From positions 21,298-85,297 of IMG/VR virus record IMGVR_UViG_3300044859_001080: a DNA stretch of 64,000 nucleotides, one strand, 5' to 3'. Positions 60,106-64,000 of the stretch are shown here, one piece after another; within the stretch, counting starts at the first letter, position 1, and every line of letters starts with the position of its first letter. This DNA comes from a virus. The notes beneath the pieces are model-generated. The model made no database searches and was not told where the DNA came from. It saw only the letters and a program-made list of their open reading frames with translations. The position numbers were made by a program, and so were the translations under genes.

Positions 60106-60518
60106 TGAAACATAATATACTAAAAAATATATTTGATTTCCTTGAAGAAAAGGGTGAGCATAGAACCCCATTTTTGTGGAAATGGTTAAATAATGAACCA
60201 TTAACAGAAGATGATTTACATATTAATGGTAATTTGGATTTAACATTCTCAAAAATAGAATCATTACCAGAAGGGCTTAATGTTAGTGGTGACTTGAATT
60301 TAACTTTTTGTGAAAACATAAGTTCATTACCAGAAGGATTAATAGTTAGATTTAATTTGATTGTAGAAGATTGTAGTCAATTATATTCATTACCTAAAGG
60401 ATTGAAAGTTGGTGGCACTTTATATATTGGTACATCACCATTAGGTGAATATAGTGAAGGTGAATTAAGAAATATGGTTGGAGATGATGGGTATTTAAAG
60501 AGAATTCATTACCTTTAA
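60105..60518 (+). CDS. LRR-like protein 7
   Basis: As above. Confidence 0.8.
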   Translation: MKHNILKNIFDFLEEKGEHRTPFLWKWLNNEPLTEDDLHINGNLDLTFSKIESLPEGLNVSGDLNLTFCENISSLPEGLIVRFNLIVEDCSQLYSLPKGLKVGGTLYIGTSPLGEYSEGELRNMVGDDGYLKRIHYL

Positions 60519-60553
60519 GCCCCCTAACTGCATAACAATCAGTATTTTATGCC

Positions 60554-60581
60554 CACAGAGGGAAATTGATTTCCCTCTGTG
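60554..60581. terminator. Hairpin terminator between convergent units
   Basis: CACAGAGGGAAAT-TG-ATTTCCCTCTGTG. Confidence 0.75.
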
Positions 60582-60591
60582 AAAAGCCAAT

Positions 60592-60840
60592 CTAAAGGAG
60601 TTGTCTTTTGTTTGCTGGGGGAAAGATTTTATCTTTTAGTAAAAAGAATATGCCCCATATATGGATTATGATGACACTTAAATTCACAATGATTACTGGG
60701 TGGTCTTTTGTGTAAAAGCCATACACAAGCCAAACAAATGACCCTAATACATTAACTATCCTAATAGTTAGAATGTTTTTGAAAGTGAAAGATACAATGG
60801 TTAGTATTGTGGCGATGAAGCCAATAATTTCAATGTTCAT
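60592..60840 (-). CDS. Small 3-TM membrane protein (YgjV/SemiSWEET-like)
   Basis: IIGFIAT....SF, IR.VN..GS..W.VYG, P.I..N. Confidence 0.7.
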   Translation of the reverse strand: MNIEIIGFIATILTIVSFTFKNILTIRIVNVLGSFVWLVYGFYTKDHPVIIVNLSVIIIHIWGIFFLLKDKIFPPANKRQLL

Positions 60841-60841
60841 A

Positions 60842-61138
60842 TTAGAATTTTAAAAAGTTAATTATATTAATTATTTTCCTCAATTTGCTATTTAGTTCAT
60901 CAAGTTTTTCAGTGGATGAGGCCATATCATTTATAAGTTCTGTAAGTGCTGGTGTTGATGCAGATAACTTTGATAACATATTAGTATTTGTTTCATTGAT
61001 AATGGTTCGTTCCATATTGGTTAAGGTCATTAAAGTTTCTTCTAATTTGGCTTTTTCAATTTTTGACAAATTATTATCAGTTCTATTGGTTTCTACCAGA
61101 GAAATTGAATCATGTATTTCTTTTAATAAACTTTGCAT
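60842..61138 (-). CDS. Hypothetical helical protein
   Basis: 98-aa ORF in minus-strand operon. Confidence 0.55.
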   Translation of the reverse strand: MQSLLKEIHDSISLVETNRTDNNLSKIEKAKLEETLMTLTNMERTIINETNTNMLSKLSASTPALTELINDMASSTEKLDELNSKLRKIINIINFLKF

Positions 61139-61139
61139 A

Positions 61140-62018
61140 TCATTTAATTTGTTTTGAAATAATGTTTATTTCTGTGAATGTTTTCATCAAATCTTTTATT
61201 TGATTGATATTATCCATATTTGAGTTCTTGCTGTTCATTTGTTTTGCTAAAATGGTATGAGCTTCTTTTAAATTTGTTATGCCCCCAATTAAACTACGTC
61301 TTAAAAGATTAATATTATCTAAATTTCTTTTTAGCTGGATATATTCGAGATCATTAATTGTTGTGGCATTTGGTTTTTGTTGTAAATAACTTAGGTAATT
61401 TCTTTTTACCATATTATTTTCATTTTCAATAATAGTTTTTAATGATTCAGATTCCAAATATTCTATCATATTGTTTGATAATATTGTTATTAAGGTATCT
61501 GATGTATTTATTATGTTGGTTAATTCTTTGTTCTGGTTATAACTAATATAATATTTACCAATAAGTAATCCAATTTTTTCAGATATCCTAATAATTTTAG
61601 AAGAATTTTCAAAATTATTTGTTAAAGATGTAAAGTACTGGATATCATCGCTTAATTGTTTGACATTTGAATCATAATCATTTACATAATTATTTGATGA
61701 TATAATCATTAGTAGATTGGCGTAGGATCCTAATACTCTGAATGATGCATTAAATAATTTTTTATTTTTGACATCTATATTTTCTTGTGCATATATTCTA
61801 TCTAGTTCATTTATATGGATATCTGGGGTTGATAAGGTGTTAGCAAAATATACGCTTCTTTTAAGTCTTACATCTGATATGCCTTGTGAGAACTTTTCAC
61901 CATATATGGGTAAGTCTTTTGTTGTCATACTAAATTCTTTTACCGCCATTTTTTTGGATGGGGTTAATGTTGCGCAGCCTTGTAATAGAACTGATAGGAT
62001 TAAAAGATATTTTATCAT
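61140..62018 (-). CDS. Putative lipoprotein
   Basis: MIKYLLILSVLLQG-C lipobox. Confidence 0.65.
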   Translation of the reverse strand: MIKYLLILSVLLQGCATLTPSKKMAVKEFSMTTKDLPIYGEKFSQGISDVRLKRSVYFANTLSTPDIHINELDRIYAQENIDVKNKKLFNASFRVLGSYANLLMIISSNNYVNDYDSNVKQLSDDIQYFTSLTNNFENSSKIIRISEKIGLLIGKYYISYNQNKELTNIINTSDTLITILSNNMIEYLESESLKTIIENENNMVKRNYLSYLQQKPNATTINDLEYIQLKRNLDNINLLRRSLIGGITNLKEAHTILAKQMNSKNSNMDNINQIKDLMKTFTEINIISKQIK

Positions 62019-62038
62019 TATTTTTTTTTAAATAAATA

Positions 62039-62069
62039 TTTGTGGGTGTGATAAAATAGATTATCTTTG
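62039..62069 (+). promoter_or_regulatory. Bacteroidota sigmaA-type promoter
   Basis: TTTG (62039) -N19- TATCTTTG (62062). Confidence 0.7.
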
Positions 62070-62087
62070 CAGAAAGAAATAACGAAT

Positions 62088-63149
62088 ATGAAAATGGATT
62101 TGGCTTTGTTGGATAGATATGTTGCTGATGGGTTGTTGGTTAAGAACGAACACCCAGAATTGCCTTTGGTGATATGGAATTATTCCAGGGAAGCACAATA
62201 TGGTGGAGTATGGGATGAGATAACTATGGCTTGCAGGGGTCTTGTTACTGACAATTCCGGGGAGGTTGTTGCAAGGCCATTTTCAAAGTTCAAAAATTAT
62301 GAGGAATATTCTGCTGATGAAATACCAAATGAACCTTTTGATGTTTTTGAGAAAATGGATGGATCTTGTGGTATAGTATTTTTCTATGCTGGGGAGTGGC
62401 ACATAGCAACTAGGGGGTCTTTCACATCTGACCAAGCAAAAATGGGAAAGGATATGTTTGTTAAATATCCAATGGAAAAATTGGATGTTAGAAACACTTA
62501 CGTATTTGAGATAATAGACAAACGGAATGTGATAGTTGTAAGTTATGGGGATTATGAGGGGTTAGTTTTATTGGGGGCATTTAATACTGCTAATAATGTT
62601 GAGGTTGATAGAACTGAATTGGAGGCTCTTCAAGGGTTTGATTTGGTTAATAAATATGATGGAGTTAATGATTTTGCTAAATTAAAATCCATCATACCTA
62701 ATGATGCTGAAGGATTTGTCATAAGGTTCAAATCTGGTATGAGAATGAAAATAAAGGGAGAGGAGTATGTTAGATTACATAGAATATTAACCAACATATC
62801 CACCACCTCTATTTGGGACGTATTGAGGTCTGGGGGCAACTTCTCTGAATTATTGGATAGAGTGCCAGATGAGTTTGATGGATGGGTTAGAGAGACTATA
62901 AAGGGGTTAAATGAGGATTTTTCCAGGATAAAAGAGGATCACTTAAAAATCTTTGCAAGGCTTGAAGAAGAATCTTTATCCAGAAAAGATTTTGCAATAA
63001 TGACAAAAGAATATGCTTATCCTTCCATATTATTTTCTATGCTTGATGGGAGGGATTATGAAAAATACATATGGGATTTGGTGAAGCCAGATTTTGCAAA
63101 GGCTTTAAATAATAATTCACTTTTTTTGAAAAGATATTTGGAAATGTGA
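62088..63149 (+). CDS. T4 Rnl1-like RNA ligase
   Basis: CRGLV, ARPF.KF.N, EKMDGS, TRGSF, EGFV, KIKG..Y..LH. Confidence 0.9.
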   Translation: MKMDLALLDRYVADGLLVKNEHPELPLVIWNYSREAQYGGVWDEITMACRGLVTDNSGEVVARPFSKFKNYEEYSADEIPNEPFDVFEKMDGSCGIVFFYAGEWHIATRGSFTSDQAKMGKDMFVKYPMEKLDVRNTYVFEIIDKRNVIVVSYGDYEGLVLLGAFNTANNVEVDRTELEALQGFDLVNKYDGVNDFAKLKSIIPNDAEGFVIRFKSGMRMKIKGEEYVRLHRILTNISTTSIWDVLRSGGNFSELLDRVPDEFDGWVRETIKGLNEDFSRIKEDHLKIFARLEEESLSRKDFAIMTKEYAYPSILFSMLDGRDYEKYIWDLVKPDFAKALNNNSLFLKRYLEM

Positions 63150-63168
63150 TTGGGGTAGATTAACTTTA
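63137..63168 (+). promoter_or_regulatory. Bacteroidota-type promoter (variant -7)
   Basis: TTTG (63137) -N20- TAACTTTA (63161). Confidence 0.55.
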
Positions 63169-63197
63169 CATCATCAAATTAACAAAAACCAAACAAC

Positions 63198-63533
63198 ATG
63201 AAAATCATAACAGCCATCAAACCTTTGCTTGAAAACAAATTAGAATTTAATCCAACCGAAACTATGGGTTGGCTCACTTATAACCAACCAGTATTCTGGT
63301 CCTTTGGTGTGTCAAAAATGTTGAATTTGGGTAATAAAGGTCTCTTGTTAAGAGTATCTGCCAGACGACATAAGGGTTGGGTTTTGATTACCTTGAATGG
63401 TAGCGATTTATATGATGTTTATTTGGTGAATACTTTGGGTAAGGTCAAAAAAGAAATCAAAGATGTATATTGTGATGGTTTGTTGGATACAATAGACGAT
63501 TCGATTGAAAGAATCCCTGAGTATGTAATTTAG
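63198..63533 (+). CDS. Hypothetical phage protein
   Basis: GL...V....HKG.V.ITLN..DLYDV...DVY.D.L...ID..IE. Confidence 0.65.
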   Translation: MKIITAIKPLLENKLEFNPTETMGWLTYNQPVFWSFGVSKMLNLGNKGLLLRVSARRHKGWVLITLNGSDLYDVYLVNTLGKVKKEIKDVYCDGLLDTIDDSIERIPEYVI

Positions 63534-63550
63534 TGTTTAAAAGAATCAAT

Positions 63551-63634
63551 GGGTGAACCACACTTCCACAAGTTGCTGATAACCAGGCTTGTGATAAGAA
63601 TGGCTTATGTGTGGCTTTGACAATAGCCTAACCC
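63551..63634 (+). ncRNA. Candidate structured RNA (multi-stem junction), family unknown
   Basis: GC-richer intergenic island with nested complementary segments (see findings). Confidence 0.4.
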
Positions 63635-63654
63635 AAAAAATAATGGAAAAAAGA

Positions 63655-63686
63655 TTTGGATAATTCATTCCTTTGCTTTAAATTTG
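63655..63686 (+). promoter_or_regulatory. Bacteroidota sigmaA-type promoter
   Basis: TTTG (63655) -N20- TAAATTTG (63679). Confidence 0.7.
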
Positions 63687-63708
63687 CATCAACAAAAAAA
63701 CAAACAAC

Positions 63709-63975
63709 ATGGCACATAACATTAGAGTAATTTACAAGAACGAAAATTTAATCAATGAGAACTTTGCGGATAAAATCCAGTTCAAGTTGTTTTTGAAAGC
63801 AATCCACGGATCCTTGCAGTTGAAGAATACTCTTCAATTTTTTAATGGGAATGACTTCCTAGTCAATGTCCCTTATAAGATTTTATCCAAATGTGTCATC
63901 TTGACAAAAGTAGAAGAATATACAATCACAGACCATTTAATTAACAAATCAAAGATGGAAAGTTTAGTGGATTAG
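63709..63975 (+). CDS. Hypothetical protein
   Basis: 88-aa ORF after promoter. Confidence 0.6.
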   Translation: MAHNIRVIYKNENLINENFADKIQFKLFLKAIHGSLQLKNTLQFFNGNDFLVNVPYKILSKCVILTKVEEYTITDHLINKSKMESLVD

Positions 63976-64000
63976 TTATGAAATGCCCCTGCCCAAATTT

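Noticed and set aside
63534-63708. tRNA gene
   Set aside because: No T-arm (GTTCRA) or cloverleaf; retained only as an unassigned structured RNA candidate.
1-64000. Cellular chromosome, prophage or eukaryotic giant virus origin
   Set aside because: No housekeeping operons or integrase. Bacterial sigma factor and promoters with tail-fibre, S74 and gp46/47-like genes indicate a large bacteriophage.

Overview
AT-rich (about 30% GC by eye), gene-dense 64 kb segment of a large lytic tailed-phage genome. It uses standard code 11 and is mostly + strand, with many TAATG/ATGA-coupled genes and A-rich leaders lacking Shine-Dalgarno sequences. The host is inferred to be Bacteroidota, from TTTG-N18-20-TAnnTTTG promoters, a SigA lacking region 1.1, and SprB, Fib_succ_major and Hc1-like modules. 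1-29.2 kb is a baseplate/tail-fibre module with SprB, PT and GTSGSS repeats and four Kelch-like propellers. An island of modifying enzymes is embedded in it: three 2OG-Fe(II) oxygenases, a sulfotransferase, a GT9-like enzyme and a GT4 + Aah/TibC-like heptosyltransferase. 29.2-38.2 kb covers replication, recombination and transcription: RuvC-like resolvase, primase, PD-(D/E)XK nuclease, Mre11/Rad50 pair and sigma factor. 38-46 kb holds lysis-like, membrane and internal-head proteins. 46-64 kb is accessory: DnaJ, DUF932, glutaredoxin, a MetK-like remnant, Dps-like, HNH, DHH, Nudix, Ntn-hydrolase, seven tandem LRR-like paralogues and an RNA ligase. Most striking: a free-standing HNH endonuclease lies directly upstream of a DHH phosphoesterase whose catalytic motif I is split by a 9-nt in-frame insert (CTC TAA GGG CTT). 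The insert has matched Leu codons around the stop and follows a GC-enriched multi-stem RNA structure, making it a candidate miniature ribosomal-bypass/homing-endonuclease cassette analogous to T4 mobA/gene 60. No tRNA, rRNA, CRISPR array, integrase or reverse transcriptase was seen. All product calls come from motif recognition by eye, not database searches.
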